The position numbers and the translations under genes were made by a program. Shown one piece after another: positions 50,152 to 59,698 of a DNA stretch of 64,000 nt. Location: IMG/VR virus record IMGVR_UViG_3300049846_002561, positions 9,492 through 73,491 of that record. The stretch is one strand, 5' to 3'. The stretch is from a virus. The notes beneath the pieces were generated by a model. The model saw nothing but the letters and a program-made list of their open reading frames with translations, ran no database searches and was not told where the DNA came from. Each line of letters starts with the position of its first letter. Position 1 is the stretch's first letter.

Positions 50152-51433
50152 GGAACTTTATTTCTAGGTCGTTGTTGTCGCTTACCTTCTCCGCAATCAC
50201 CTGATAGCCCTTTTTCTCAGCCTTGGAGAGAACCATCTCTAGGTTCTTTGTATCGAATAGGGAGGCGTCGTGAAGGAGTATCACCTTTAGGTTTGGATTT
50301 AAGGCCATGGACACGTCAACGCCAATGTCAAAAAGGGCGGCTGTATTCTGCTGGCCCTCCTCTAGCGGAAGTCCATTGATGAATATCTCGTCTTCCGTAA
50401 ATTCAAGACCCTCGATGGGCAGCTGTGAGCTCTTGATAATGTCCGCTCTCTTACGTTGCAGCTTCTCGATGTTGGCATCGCAGGCATTTATGGACTCCTT
50501 GCACTTGAGCATTTCCTTCTGCTGCCCGGCGAGCTTCATGACGGAGTTGTGCTTCTCGTTGTGTTTTACGGCACTCGTCATGCGGGCATTTATCTCCTCA
50601 ACGTCGGGTCGCTTAGTCTTTGCCAGCCATGAGTTGCCCTTTTCGTGAGCGAAGTACTGATCCTCTGCTTTCTTTCTGAGGTCATCGATTTCCTTTTGAA
50701 GCTCTTCGATCCTCTTCATGTGGCTGTCGGCAGCTTCCTTAGCTTCTCTGGTGCCCTTCACGATGCGATCGTAGGTCATGCTCTTTTCAGAAGCCTGCAT
50801 CAACTCCGTTTGTATGGCATCTACATCAACGGGGGAAGAGTATTTCTCGATCTCATCAGGCGTTAGGCCATGGTTCTTGAGTATAGCTTCCATTTCCTCC
50901 GCTTTCTCCTTGTTTACCTTGCGGCGCACCATCTCCTCCTTTATCTCCGTCGAGCACCTGTCAATGTCAGCCTCACAACCGGTGAGCTTCTTGAGCATCT
51001 TTAGCTTGTTGTCCTTGGTGTCGTTCATCCATGAGGTAATGTCAAAGGAGAATGATCCAAGCAATGACTTCAGGAATGTGGCGGGGGCGGGGATAACACT
51101 TCCATCCTCATTGTAGAGGACGAGCCTTCCCTTTTGATTGCCCTTGGTGAAGTGTAGGTCCATGATGTACTTCACTTGCTTGCCGGCGACAATGCCGCCG
51201 AGGACCACCTCTACCTTTGCGCGCTCCTCGCCCTTCTTTATGACTTGGGAGGGTAGTATCTTTGAGTTGAGTGGCGATACGATGGCCTGTATCAGCGATG
51301 ACTTGCCGGATCCGTTGGGGCCCACGATCTCAAATGAGCGACCCAGTATTTCCACTTCTTTCTTTGTGAAGTTCTTGAAGTTTTCAAGCTTCACGCTAAG
51401 GAACTTCAGTCCCTCCTGATTGTCATTTTCCAT
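50141..51433 (-). CDS. SMC/Rad50-like AAA ATPase
   Basis: LENFK, GPNGSGKSS, central coiled coil, LLHDASLFD. Confidence 0.8.
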   Translation of the reverse strand: MENDNQEGLKFLSVKLENFKNFTKKEVEILGRSFEIVGPNGSGKSSLIQAIVSPLNSKILPSQVIKKGEERAKVEVVLGGIVAGKQVKYIMDLHFTKGNQKGRLVLYNEDGSVIPAPATFLKSLLGSFSFDITSWMNDTKDNKLKMLKKLTGCEADIDRCSTEIKEEMVRRKVNKEKAEEMEAILKNHGLTPDEIEKYSSPVDVDAIQTELMQASEKSMTYDRIVKGTREAKEAADSHMKRIEELQKEIDDLRKKAEDQYFAHEKGNSWLAKTKRPDVEEINARMTSAVKHNEKHNSVMKLAGQQKEMLKCKESINACDANIEKLQRKRADIIKSSQLPIEGLEFTEDEIFINGLPLEEGQQNTAALFDIGVDVSMALNPNLKVILLHDASLFDTKNLEMVLSKAEKKGYQVIAEKVSDNNDLEIKFHEH

Positions 51434-51446
51434 GTTTCGTTTTTAG

Positions 51447-52481
51447 TTAGTTGTCGTCAGAATTTCGCCTTCTCTCTTCTCTCTCTGATTTGTATTGATC
51501 ACAGAAGTCCTTTACCGGACAGAAGCGCTCACATCGCGTGGACTCCCCCGCTCTGAACTCAAGGAACATGCCACTGTACATTGGGGCATTCTGCAGCATG
51601 AACATCTCGGCTTCCTCCTTTGAGGCAAATACACGAAGGGCCCTCTTTGTGCCTTTTGTTTTTACGGCCCATTGATCAGCCTTTGCCCATCGTTCCTTGC
51701 CGGTGCAGAATGGAAGCTCTCCGGTATCCTCTGCCTTTTTATGTAGCTCCACCCTTCTACCTATGTAATTGGCCATCTCCGTTGTTGGAACCTTCTTTAC
51801 ATCTATCTCCATTATCTGAGAGGGTGGGTAATCCACGCTCCTGCGCATGGCTGTACCGCTCCAGTCCCTAAAAAAGGCAACCACCACGATTCTCTTTACC
51901 GGAAATCCAAGGGCTTCAAGCATGTATGCGTATACGTTGGTTTGAGCTTCCCACTTCTGTCTCGCTTCCCTGAATGTATACATGTACGTTGAGCAGAACT
52001 TATAGTCGTAGAGGGTCTCTTCCTTCTTGTCGTACATGTCAAACGTTCCGTACAGAACGGTATCCCCGATATCCACGCGCATGGTGTGCTCCACCAGGTA
52101 CCTGTCGTTGTCGGTGGGGAAGAAGAACTTAGTGGCCTTTTTTATGTATGAGGATACGCGATCCATTGCCGAGCGCTTCTCTTCGTCCTTAACCTCGGGG
52201 ATCGTGCGATCCAGCTTATCAGATACAAGCTCAAATGCCCTGCGGTACACGCCGTCCATGTTACCCCTCTCGATGACGTGGTGCAGGGCGGTACCCATTA
52301 GCATGTAAAGCCTCTCGGAAACGTCCTCCTCGTAGTGGTTTGTGCGCTTTAGCCTTATTACCCTTGGGCTTTCAATGATCTGGCTTACGCTGATATCCCC
52401 GGCAACGCGGTGGGTATCGTATTTAACGGCCTTGACGATCGTCTCAGGCAGGTTTAGTCTATTTGTTAGTACTGATGGCAT
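51447..52481 (-). CDS. PD-(D/E)XK (Cas4/RecB-like) exonuclease
   Basis: GTALH, GTFD, DYK, Q.N.Y, C-terminal C..FC.V..FC. Confidence 0.85.
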   Translation of the reverse strand: MPSVLTNRLNLPETIVKAVKYDTHRVAGDISVSQIIESPRVIRLKRTNHYEEDVSERLYMLMGTALHHVIERGNMDGVYRRAFELVSDKLDRTIPEVKDEEKRSAMDRVSSYIKKATKFFFPTDNDRYLVEHTMRVDIGDTVLYGTFDMYDKKEETLYDYKFCSTYMYTFREARQKWEAQTNVYAYMLEALGFPVKRIVVVAFFRDWSGTAMRRSVDYPPSQIMEIDVKKVPTTEMANYIGRRVELHKKAEDTGELPFCTGKERWAKADQWAVKTKGTKRALRVFASKEEAEMFMLQNAPMYSGMFLEFRAGESTRCERFCPVKDFCDQYKSEREERRRNSDDN

Positions 52482-52725
52482 GGTCTTCTTTTCATTAAAA
52501 CCCCGTTAAAGTAGGGGCGCCTGCATTGCAGGAAGAACTTCCGAAGAAGGACAACTCCCATTTCTGGGGCGGAGTTACCGATATCCGCTACCCTCACAAC
52601 GGTATGATTGGTTTACCAGACAAGGCATTTTCCAACCACTGAGGTATTTTATGCGGCCACACACGTTCACAATCCCCCACACACATTTAAAGAGATTGCG
52701 CTTTCAAGTGACTGCATAGTTGCCA

Positions 52726-52733
52726 CAAATGTA
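52726..52733 (-). promoter_or_regulatory. -7 promoter box TACATTTG for the replication operon, ~240-nt leader
   Basis: exact TAnnTTTG match. Confidence 0.6.
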
Positions 52734-52793
52734 CGATTGTTTTCTTGCAAAAAGCAATAGTTTTACGTAAAAAAAACGATATTTAGAATCTTT

Positions 52794-52973
52794 CTAAATA
52801 GTATCGTCGCACCATATCGGCGTTAGCTCACCGACGTATGATCCGGATACGTTGAAGTCGAAGTGCTCCAGTGCCTCCTCCTCGCCTTCAAAGTTACTAA
52901 CTATGCGGTCAAGGCGCGTCGGCACCCGGCGGATCAGAATCACCATTTTGCTTTTTTTCTTCTTCTTACTCAT
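52794..52973 (-). CDS. small protein or remnant of a conserved phage family (59 aa, not in the ORF track)
   Basis: MSKKKKKSK...EEALEHFDFNVSGSYVGELTPIW; start overlaps the upstream stop. Confidence 0.55.
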   Translation of the reverse strand: MSKKKKKSKMVILIRRVPTRLDRIVSNFEGEEEALEHFDFNVSGSYVGELTPIWCDDTI

Positions 52974-53430
52974 TTTTTACTGTTTTAAAGTTTCTTCCTG
53001 ATATTAGTTTGGCTTTCCATTCCTGCGCGTCTGGCACCTCTTCTCCGAGCTCCAGCTCCAGGAATAGGAGGACGTCGTTTATGAACTTGAGGAGTCTCTT
53101 TTTGTTCATCCCGGATATGGACTCTGTGTACTGGGTGATCTTTCCACTCTTTGAGTTCATGACCTCGGCTTTACAGAACATGGCTTCCAATATGTACCTT
53201 GCCTTTACCTTATCCACTCCATCGTACCCTGCCTTTGTAAGGCCCTTTACCGCGCAGAACATCACCGGCCCAAAGAGGTACGCATACATGCGCATCTTCT
53301 CACTTGTCTTGGCAGTGTCTCTCAGGGATATCGTTTGGCACACTCCGTCCTTTTCCATGAGGTACCTGTACAGGTCCTCATAGTAGGGTAGCTTACCCTT
53401 TACCGGTGTTATATTGAATATAGCTTCCAT
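52966..53430 (-). CDS. NinB/Orf-like recombination protein (putative)
   Basis: YLFGPV, SISGMNKKRLLKFINDV...LG..VP. Confidence 0.55.
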   Translation of the reverse strand: MEAIFNITPVKGKLPYYEDLYRYLMEKDGVCQTISLRDTAKTSEKMRMYAYLFGPVMFCAVKGLTKAGYDGVDKVKARYILEAMFCKAEVMNSKSGKITQYTESISGMNKKRLLKFINDVLLFLELELGEEVPDAQEWKAKLISGRNFKTVKNE

Positions 53431-53795
53431 TACATCCAGAAAAAGCGATCAAAGGATAGGATCATGGCTAGCGCATTTACTGTACACTCCACGATCGATA
53501 TGGCGAGGAACACGTCTGGCCGGTGCCGGTGGTAGTACATATCCGCAAAGCGACCCATAGGCCACTCTACGGCAAAGTGAATGACTGCCACCGTTAATGG
53601 CCACGCCCACGCCAGCTGATTTATGCCCGTTATCCGCCACGATACCATGCCCATGATGAATATCATGGCCGTGTATGATAGCACGTGAACGAGCATCATT
53701 CCCGTTGATTCATTTTTTGATCGCTGAACGGACCTTAACTGTAAAACTTGGTCGGCAATAACGTGTATCACCAGTAGGTAGATTGCTGTTTTCAT
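53430..53795 (-). CDS. DUF3307-like membrane protein
   Basis: HVIADQVLQ, HVLSY, HFAVE; several TM segments. Confidence 0.7.
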   Translation of the reverse strand: MKTAIYLLVIHVIADQVLQLRSVQRSKNESTGMMLVHVLSYTAMIFIMGMVSWRITGINQLAWAWPLTVAVIHFAVEWPMGRFADMYYHRHRPDVFLAISIVECTVNALAMILSFDRFFWM

Positions 53796-54264
53796 GTAAT
53801 TTAGATATATGTTTTTTTGCTTTTTGGTCCAGCTGATCGTTGACGTAGTTCCTTGGCGTATCGGTATGCTGGTGTGCCTTTACGTGGTAAAAATTAATCT
53901 TTATTCCCTTGGCGTGGTCGCGCATCATGTTACTGAACAGGTTGCAGATACGCATTTGTTCTTTATGATGCTTGAGGTTGTACTTCTCTATGTTCTTCTT
54001 ATCCTTTGTGAGTAGGTGTATGGCGTTCATGCAGTCGGTGTTCACGTATATGACGCTCACCTCCTCCATCCATCCGCTCTTGAATATAAGGTGGTATACG
54101 GCATTGTAGATGGCCTTGATCTCCGCCACCAGGGCATGCTTGGTATCCCCCCTCAACATGCCGTCCCTACTGATCGTGCCCTTATCGCTCTTTATGTAAA
54201 AGGCATACGATCCCTTGCGGTGCACCCGAGAGAAGGATGCGTCAGTCATTATTGTTACGTTCAT
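53710..54264 (-). CDS. rnhA: ribonuclease HI-like
   Basis: MTDAS, AEIKA, NTDC, HVKAH, N..LD..AK; start reassigned to ATG 54264. Confidence 0.8.
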   Translation of the reverse strand: MNVTIMTDASFSRVHRKGSYAFYIKSDKGTISRDGMLRGDTKHALVAEIKAIYNAVYHLIFKSGWMEEVSVIYVNTDCMNAIHLLTKDKKNIEKYNLKHHKEQMRICNLFSNMMRDHAKGIKINFYHVKAHQHTDTPRNYVNDQLDQKAKKHISKLHENSNLPTGDTRYCRPSFTVKVRSAIKK

Positions 54265-54565
54265 GGTTGTTTTTTTTCTCAGAAATAGGATAAAGACCCT
54301 GAAATGTTCTGCCCTTGCTTGGTATACTTTTAGAGAAATCAAACATGTCAGACTCCATCTTTTTAAGAAGAGCTATATGTTTTCTTTGGACGTAATCAAC
54401 CATCGCATCTTCCATGGAAAAATCACTGTAATCAAATCGATACCAAAACAAGATCTCACCGGATAGCCTTTCAAGCAATCGAATGTCTTTTATTTCCTGC
54501 TCGGTTAGTCTTATGAGCTTTGGCGATATTTCTTCTATTATTATAAACAAGAAACCTGATTTCAT
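54242..54565 (-). CDS. hypothetical protein
   Basis: in operon. Confidence 0.5.
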   Translation of the reverse strand: MKSGFLFIIIEEISPKLIRLTEQEIKDIRLLERLSGEILFWYRFDYSDFSMEDAMVDYVQRKHIALLKKMESDMFDFSKSIPSKGRTFQGLYPISEKKNNHERNNND

Positions 54566-55065
54566 TTAGTTTTTATTATTTCGTTGTAATTGAACTTGTT
54601 TTTTAGCGCCACGAATATATCCACCTCGGGACCGGCGAAGCCATAGAACTTATTGTTGTAGAGCTTTACCTTGTTCTGCAATAGAACCTTCCCTTCCACG
54701 AATTTACGACCAAGGTCCGTGATCCTGTACATGCCGTTGTTGGGGTTGCCGTCATCTAGCCCGCAGCTGAATGGCTCTATAAGCCCCCAGAAGCGTAGCT
54801 TGGGGATGTCTCCCCTTACTGATGATGGTAATCCCTTAATGTCCTTGAAGAAATTCTCCACGTGCAACCATTCCACTGGTGGACCGAATGTCCGATTGAA
54901 CTCCCGATATATTAGCATTAGCCCATACACCATGCTCGAGGATAGGGGCCTGTAATACATCTTTACGTTCTGATAGCAGCATGGGCACTGAACCCCTTCT
55001 TTTATGCGTTCACGCATATATCGCTGCGCTTCATTTATTGTTTCTGTTCCTTTAAATTTTATCAT
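54562..55065 (-). CDS. conserved phage protein (CPCC plus winged-helix-like)
   Basis: CPCC, KLRFWGLIE, YRITDLGRKF. Confidence 0.6.
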   Translation of the reverse strand: MIKFKGTETINEAQRYMRERIKEGVQCPCCYQNVKMYYRPLSSSMVYGLMLIYREFNRTFGPPVEWLHVENFFKDIKGLPSSVRGDIPKLRFWGLIEPFSCGLDDGNPNNGMYRITDLGRKFVEGKVLLQNKVKLYNNKFYGFAGPEVDIFVALKNKFNYNEIIKTK

Positions 55066-55288
55066 GCTCTTCTACTTTTTGGATTGATACTACCATTCTT
55101 ATAGGCACTTCCATAATGAGCTGCCACTCGGTTTCCGTAAACGTCATCCACAAAAACCTTCTCTTAACTTTTTTTTGTTTTAGGAACCTGTACGTTTTCA
55201 GTGACCTTTCGACTATGTAAGTGTCTGCCAAAACAGTGTGCGTATTGATTTTCCCGAACGACTGTGTTAATACTATGTATTTTTCCAT
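55052..55288 (-). CDS. hypothetical protein
   Basis: in operon. Confidence 0.5.
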   Translation of the reverse strand: MEKYIVLTQSFGKINTHTVLADTYIVERSLKTYRFLKQKKVKRRFLWMTFTETEWQLIMEVPIRMVVSIQKVEEHDKI

Positions 55289-55289
55289 G

Positions 55290-55823
55290 TTAACTGTTTT
55301 CTATTTCAAAGTTCCTCATTTCCTGCTTCTGTTCTTCTTCCGGAAGATCCTTTATCTCGTAGTATAGCTCCTTTAGCTTTTGGGCGAAGGCGCGCTTGGC
55401 AGTGAACTTCACTTGACTTCTATCGCCTTGGTCCCATTCTCGGTGGCATTGAAAACAGCAGAGCCAAATGTTAAGAACCCATAATCGGAAGAAAGGGTAT
55501 GTCGATTTCGCAAGAATATGCGAAAAGAATTGGGATCTAGCTTCAGTCCCAAGCTGACGTGAACAGCAAGAGCATCTCGGACCGCTTTCTCCTGCCATTT
55601 CAATGGCTTTTTCCCAAATAACTCGAAACAAATCACCTTCGCCAGTTGCTTTTTTAGCTTTCTTGGTAGGCGATACCCTTTTCTTTTTAAAGATTGATCC
55701 AAATTCCTGATTAACTGATTTTCCTTTTCTTTCATCGTTTCCTTGCTTGCATAGGCCTGCCTTTACCACGATCAGTCTCTTCTGACCGTGGCAAGAACAT
55801 ATACCTATGTGTGGCTTAAACAC
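55290..55823 (-). CDS. HNH/NinG-like nuclease
   Basis: CSCC, SHIL.K, NIWLCCFQCH. Confidence 0.7.
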   Translation of the reverse strand: MFKPHIGICSCHGQKRLIVVKAGLCKQGNDERKGKSVNQEFGSIFKKKRVSPTKKAKKATGEGDLFRVIWEKAIEMAGESGPRCSCCSRQLGTEARSQFFSHILAKSTYPFFRLWVLNIWLCCFQCHREWDQGDRSQVKFTAKRAFAQKLKELYYEIKDLPEEEQKQEMRNFEIENS

Positions 55824-55827
55824 CTTC

Positions 55828-56295
55828 CTATTCTTTTGTTTCCGGATTGCTTTCTGGAGTCTTCATTGCGGCGATCACATCGTCGAGGAGCCCTTTGTTG
55901 TACGCGTTACACAGGGCGAGCAGGTCCCCTCCATTCTTGGCGTTGAGGTAGTGCTCGATCATGAGCCCAAAGCCGGTTGCGTAGCGATCGAAGATGTCGT
56001 CGATGTTGTTGTTGAATGTTTTCCTTACCACTCCGATTTCTTTGTGTGCCATTGAGGAGAACTTCTCGAGCTCGAGCTTTTTGTTCAGCACGGCGCCCCT
56101 TACCTTCTCGGAGATCTTGCGCTCACGTGTGCCGTTGAGCTTCTTCTCGGAGATGTGCTTGTCTACATCGTTGATAAGCTGGCTGCTGTAGATTTCCAGT
56201 TCTTCCTGTTCATAGGCATCGCGATACCTCATGGCGGACTCTAGTAGCGCCAAGAATATCATTTTGTACCTTGCGGTGGTGTCCTCTTTACTCAT
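55828..56295 (-). CDS. hypothetical protein
   Basis: in operon. Confidence 0.55.
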   Translation of the reverse strand: MSKEDTTARYKMIFLALLESAMRYRDAYEQEELEIYSSQLINDVDKHISEKKLNGTRERKISEKVRGAVLNKKLELEKFSSMAHKEIGVVRKTFNNNIDDIFDRYATGFGLMIEHYLNAKNGGDLLALCNAYNKGLLDDVIAAMKTPESNPETKE

Positions 56296-56638
56296 CGATA
56301 AATGATTTTTTTTCTTTTTTGGTTTTAAACTTTATTTTATTGTACGGCTTTTCGTCTCTGGCCATCTTTACCTGCTTGAGTATGGCGGCCACTTTCTTTT
56401 GCATTGATACTTTCTCCACCATCTCCTTGTCCTTGGGGTTGGGCTCCATGTAGATGACGTACCCCAGCTCATGCACCATGCGTATGAACGTGGTCATGGT
56501 TATAGCGTTGGGGGACTTTAGGAAGGCTTTATATTCACCCTCCGTTATTCCGGCCATGAAGGCCAGCTCTTCCTTGGATATGCCCTCCATTGTTCTGGCG
56601 TCCTCTATCATCTTTGACAGGGGGTGATTGGACCTCAT
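56288..56638 (-). CDS. XRE-family HTH regulator
   Basis: ARTMEGISKEELAFMAGIT, ELGY. Confidence 0.7.
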   Translation of the reverse strand: MRSNHPLSKMIEDARTMEGISKEELAFMAGITEGEYKAFLKSPNAITMTTFIRMVHELGYVIYMEPNPKDKEMVEKVSMQKKVAAILKQVKMARDEKPYNKIKFKTKKEKKSFIDE

Positions 56639-57048
56639 AGCACCTCCTTGTAGATGATCCCTGGCTTCTTGAACTGTTCCTTTGCGAAGCGCTCCAGCTT
56701 GGTGAGCTCCTCTTCGGTGAGGTTGTGGTATAGGTTACGGACGATCTTCGCTTTCATCTCATCGAGGAGAGTTTCGGGGCGGATGACGGAGCTTTGTATC
56801 TCCTTCTGAAGGTCTTCCTGCGCTTCGTCTCTTTCGGCGGCCACCTCATCGGTATCGACCTGCGAGGGGCGAAGGTCGTCTTCTAGTGATTCGATTTCAG
56901 CTTTCTGTTCCTTGATATCGCTTTCAAGATCTTCGATCTTCTCATCGATGTCATCGAGCTTTTCGGTTACTTGCTTTCTTTCTTCCTCGGTGAGCATACC
57001 TCCCGTAAGCTCCGAGTTTTTTAGGATTTCTCTGATTTCTGTTGTCAT
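56635..57048 (-). CDS. acidic coiled-coil protein
   Basis: start reassigned to ATG 57048, after a TAACTTTA box (57060-57067). Confidence 0.6.
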   Translation of the reverse strand: MTTEIREILKNSELTGGMLTEEERKQVTEKLDDIDEKIEDLESDIKEQKAEIESLEDDLRPSQVDTDEVAAERDEAQEDLQKEIQSSVIRPETLLDEMKAKIVRNLYHNLTEEELTKLERFAKEQFKKPGIIYKEVL

Positions 57049-57079
57049 GTTTCGTATTGTAAAGTTAATGAATTTATTT

Positions 57080-57119
57080 AAAAAAATGGAGGGGTAACGC
57101 CATGATGTCACCACCTCCC
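57080..57119 (-). terminator. intrinsic terminator of the early operon
   Basis: - strand GGAGG-T-GGTGAC...GTTACC-CCTCC followed by ATTTTTTT. Confidence 0.6.
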
Positions 57120-57144
57120 TGTTCACGTAGTAAACACCACTAAA

Positions 57145-57546
57145 CTACGTGTATTTGTTGAGCCTTTGTTCGGATAGGATGTTCCTCATCCGTATCATTA
57201 GCAGCTCTTTAAGTTCTTTAGGATCGCCCCCTGCCTTTACCCTTTCGAGTAGGTTTGAGCAGGCTATAATGTCGTGATCGGTGAGTGCGGCGCTATTCAT
57301 TATGTCCTTCATGCACCGCGTCAACGTTGCCACTTCCTCGTCTGTCCCCGCGCTGGGGAAGGGGATTGGTTTATTCTGTATTGATCGCCTGAGTACTTCC
57401 AAGTGAGGAAAGAGAAGGCCCTCGGGTCTGTGGTTGGGCCGGAAGGACTGGTACGTTTCCTTCTCTTTCCTGTAGATGTCATCGAGCACCGCTCGTATTG
57501 CTATTCTGTCCGCTGTTGTCATGCTGTTCGTTTTTAGTCCCACCAC
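57145..57546 (-). CDS. hypothetical early protein
   Basis: in operon (true start may be ATG 57522). Confidence 0.55.
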   Translation of the reverse strand: MVGLKTNSMTTADRIAIRAVLDDIYRKEKETYQSFRPNHRPEGLLFPHLEVLRRSIQNKPIPFPSAGTDEEVATLTRCMKDIMNSAALTDHDIIACSNLLERVKAGGDPKELKELLMIRMRNILSEQRLNKYT

Positions 57547-58478
57547 ATAACGAAGGTGAAGTCGTGGCCAGTGATGGGTCCGTTTTCATCCACTCTGTAG
57601 TCGTTCTGTTCGTATCGCACGCTGTCGGCCTTGGATTCTGACTGGATGGTGTGCTTTTTCTTTTCGAACCACTCCTTGAGGCGCTCGAGGTGTTCAGGGG
57701 TGCAGTAGCCCACCTTTACGAAGATGTAGTCGCTCTGTATGCTGAAGGTGTGACACTTATTTCCCGTATTCGGGTTGTTCAGCCCGTAGTTAACCTGTGG
57801 GATGGACTGATCGATGATGTGGAGGGCATAGCTTACTTTAACGGGATCGAAGTCATTCCACTTTCCCGTTGCGCTGAGGTATCCTTCCAGCTGGGCGAGG
57901 GGCATTTCCAGCTCCCCTTTGATGCCGTACTTTTTGAGTACCTCGGGCATCTCCTTGCCCAAGGCATACAGCCTGTTATTGGTGGCTGTCACCATCCTTG
58001 CATGGTGGTCGTTCCGTGCCTTCATTATGTCCGTTAATACGGCGTTGATGTGGTCGGTATCCTCTACCCTGTTCAATAGGTTGCGGATATGTTCGTATTG
58101 GTACCTTGGCATGGGCTTTTCGAATACGATGGGATCAACGTCCCTGTAATTGTGTGCATATTCCATGTCCACGGATATGTTCCACGTGGCTCTTATCTTT
58201 TGTCCGTTATTGAATTGGATCATCTCATCGATCGTTAGTAGCTTGTTCACGGATCCATTTACGATGATGCGCTTACCGTTCACCTCTTCGATGTGGGTGC
58301 GCTTCTGCCACTCGTTGAAGGCCTTCATTCGGAGATCAAAATACTCCTGCTCGCTCATGTCTCCGTGCTTCATCTTTGCCTCGTTCCTGAACGTTTCGGC
58401 GGCTGACTTGTTTGAGAAGTACATAAGTTCATTGAACTTATACTCGTCGTCTGTTCTTACTTTTGCGGTGTTACTCAT
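57534..58478 (-). CDS. hypothetical early protein
   Basis: 314 aa ending in WWD. Confidence 0.65.
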   Translation of the reverse strand: MSNTAKVRTDDEYKFNELMYFSNKSAAETFRNEAKMKHGDMSEQEYFDLRMKAFNEWQKRTHIEEVNGKRIIVNGSVNKLLTIDEMIQFNNGQKIRATWNISVDMEYAHNYRDVDPIVFEKPMPRYQYEHIRNLLNRVEDTDHINAVLTDIMKARNDHHARMVTATNNRLYALGKEMPEVLKKYGIKGELEMPLAQLEGYLSATGKWNDFDPVKVSYALHIIDQSIPQVNYGLNNPNTGNKCHTFSIQSDYIFVKVGYCTPEHLERLKEWFEKKKHTIQSESKADSVRYEQNDYRVDENGPITGHDFTFVMWWD

Positions 58479-58489
58479 GGCTAAAATTT

Positions 58490-58678
58490 TTAAAGGATTA
58501 GTATTTGATTGGATTGATACGGTCTGTACAGTCTTTTCTTGCCGTTGAAGGTGATGTGGGCGCCGTGCTCCGAGGAGTCATTGACCTTGCCCACCATGAT
58601 TATGGGCTTCCCCGTTTTCATGGTGGCGATGGCTACCGTGTGGCCCTCGCGGAGGGTGGTTCCATTGATGTCTTTCAT
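58490..58678 (-). CDS. small SH3/KOW-like protein
   Basis: KDING..LREG..V. Confidence 0.55.
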   Translation of the reverse strand: MKDINGTTLREGHTVAIATMKTGKPIIMVGKVNDSSEHGAHITFNGKKRLYRPYQSNQILIL

Positions 58679-59214
58679 GGCTTCAGTGACTTTAAATGCA
58701 TGTTCCAGTAGGAAAAAAACTTGCTTATACTTTCCATATCTTGACGCTCGATCGCCCGTTCAAGTTTACCGAAGTCCTCTTCTAGGAAATTGTACATTAC
58801 CTTTTTTCGATCCAATTCTTCGGTAACTTCCTGTTCACTTTCCTCATTGAGGTATGCGTTGATGAAATCGTGAAGCTCTTCGAAGTACTCGCCGACCAAA
58901 TCCCTGCCCCTGTTCTTTCGCTCGAAGGCATGAGTTATTTGTTCGCACAGCTCCCATACTCCACCCTGCCCGCCGTTGGCCTGTACGTCTGCCAGTTTCT
59001 TTGGCCACAGTGTGTCGTTTCCGGTGTCTATCATTCTCTCTATTTCCACAACTACGTTGTGATGCGTTTCTACCCAGTTGGTAAAGCCGTTGGGGAATAC
59101 GGGCGCTTCACTGTTCTTGAGGTCGTCGATGATTTCAGCGATTACCTCGTGATCTGTAGCGTCGAGGGTACCATATTTGTTGATGTTCTCGAGCAGTTTG
59201 ATTATTTCTTCCAT
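58675..59214 (-). CDS. acidic hypothetical early protein
   Basis: FPNGFTNWVETH; ATGA coupling. Confidence 0.6.
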   Translation of the reverse strand: MEEIIKLLENINKYGTLDATDHEVIAEIIDDLKNSEAPVFPNGFTNWVETHHNVVVEIERMIDTGNDTLWPKKLADVQANGGQGGVWELCEQITHAFERKNRGRDLVGEYFEELHDFINAYLNEESEQEVTEELDRKKVMYNFLEEDFGKLERAIERQDMESISKFFSYWNMHLKSLKP

Positions 59215-59235
59215 GGTGTTTGTTTATTAGTTTAT

Positions 59236-59460
59236 TTACTCCTCTGTTTCTTGGTTTCTTCGCCACTCTTCAATTAATCCCGTATTGCACCATAATACTT
59301 CTGTAGGTGCCCCCCACTGCTCCCATGATTCGTGACATTTAGCGCCAAAGACGCGCGTCTTTTTATTCATGTACATGTAGATGAATACTACCTCCGCCCC
59401 GTTTTTTTTCTCTTCAGTGGTGGGCTTCACTGTTCTAATGTATTTAGGTTTTGATTCCAT
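59236..59460 (-). CDS. hypothetical early protein
   Basis: in operon. Confidence 0.55.
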   Translation of the reverse strand: MESKPKYIRTVKPTTEEKKNGAEVVFIYMYMNKKTRVFGAKCHESWEQWGAPTEVLWCNTGLIEEWRRNQETEE

Positions 59461-59464
59461 AGTC

Positions 59465-59692
59465 TTATAGGTCTTTTGTTAGTTCGTACATGTGAGCAAA
59501 GTATATCCTCACCCTGCTAGCTATCTCCTTTTCCGAGTAAAACACTGAGGGATCGATACAATTCGATTCCTTCACGACTTCTGAAAAGTCATGCTTTACC
59601 GTAATGGTATACCTTTTGAAAATTTCGGATATTGGTTCGTATGTTATTGTAACATCGAACCCGTTTTTTAGGGAGAACGAAAATTTATCCAT
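59465..59692 (-). CDS. hypothetical early protein
   Basis: in operon. Confidence 0.55.
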   Translation of the reverse strand: MDKFSFSLKNGFDVTITYEPISEIFKRYTITVKHDFSEVVKESNCIDPSVFYSEKEIASRVRIYFAHMYELTKDL

Positions 59693-59698
59693 GGCTTT

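Noticed and set aside
51447-52481. Cas4-like nuclease suggesting a CRISPR system
   Set aside because: No repeat-spacer array or other cas genes are present; this is a typical stand-alone phage recombination nuclease.
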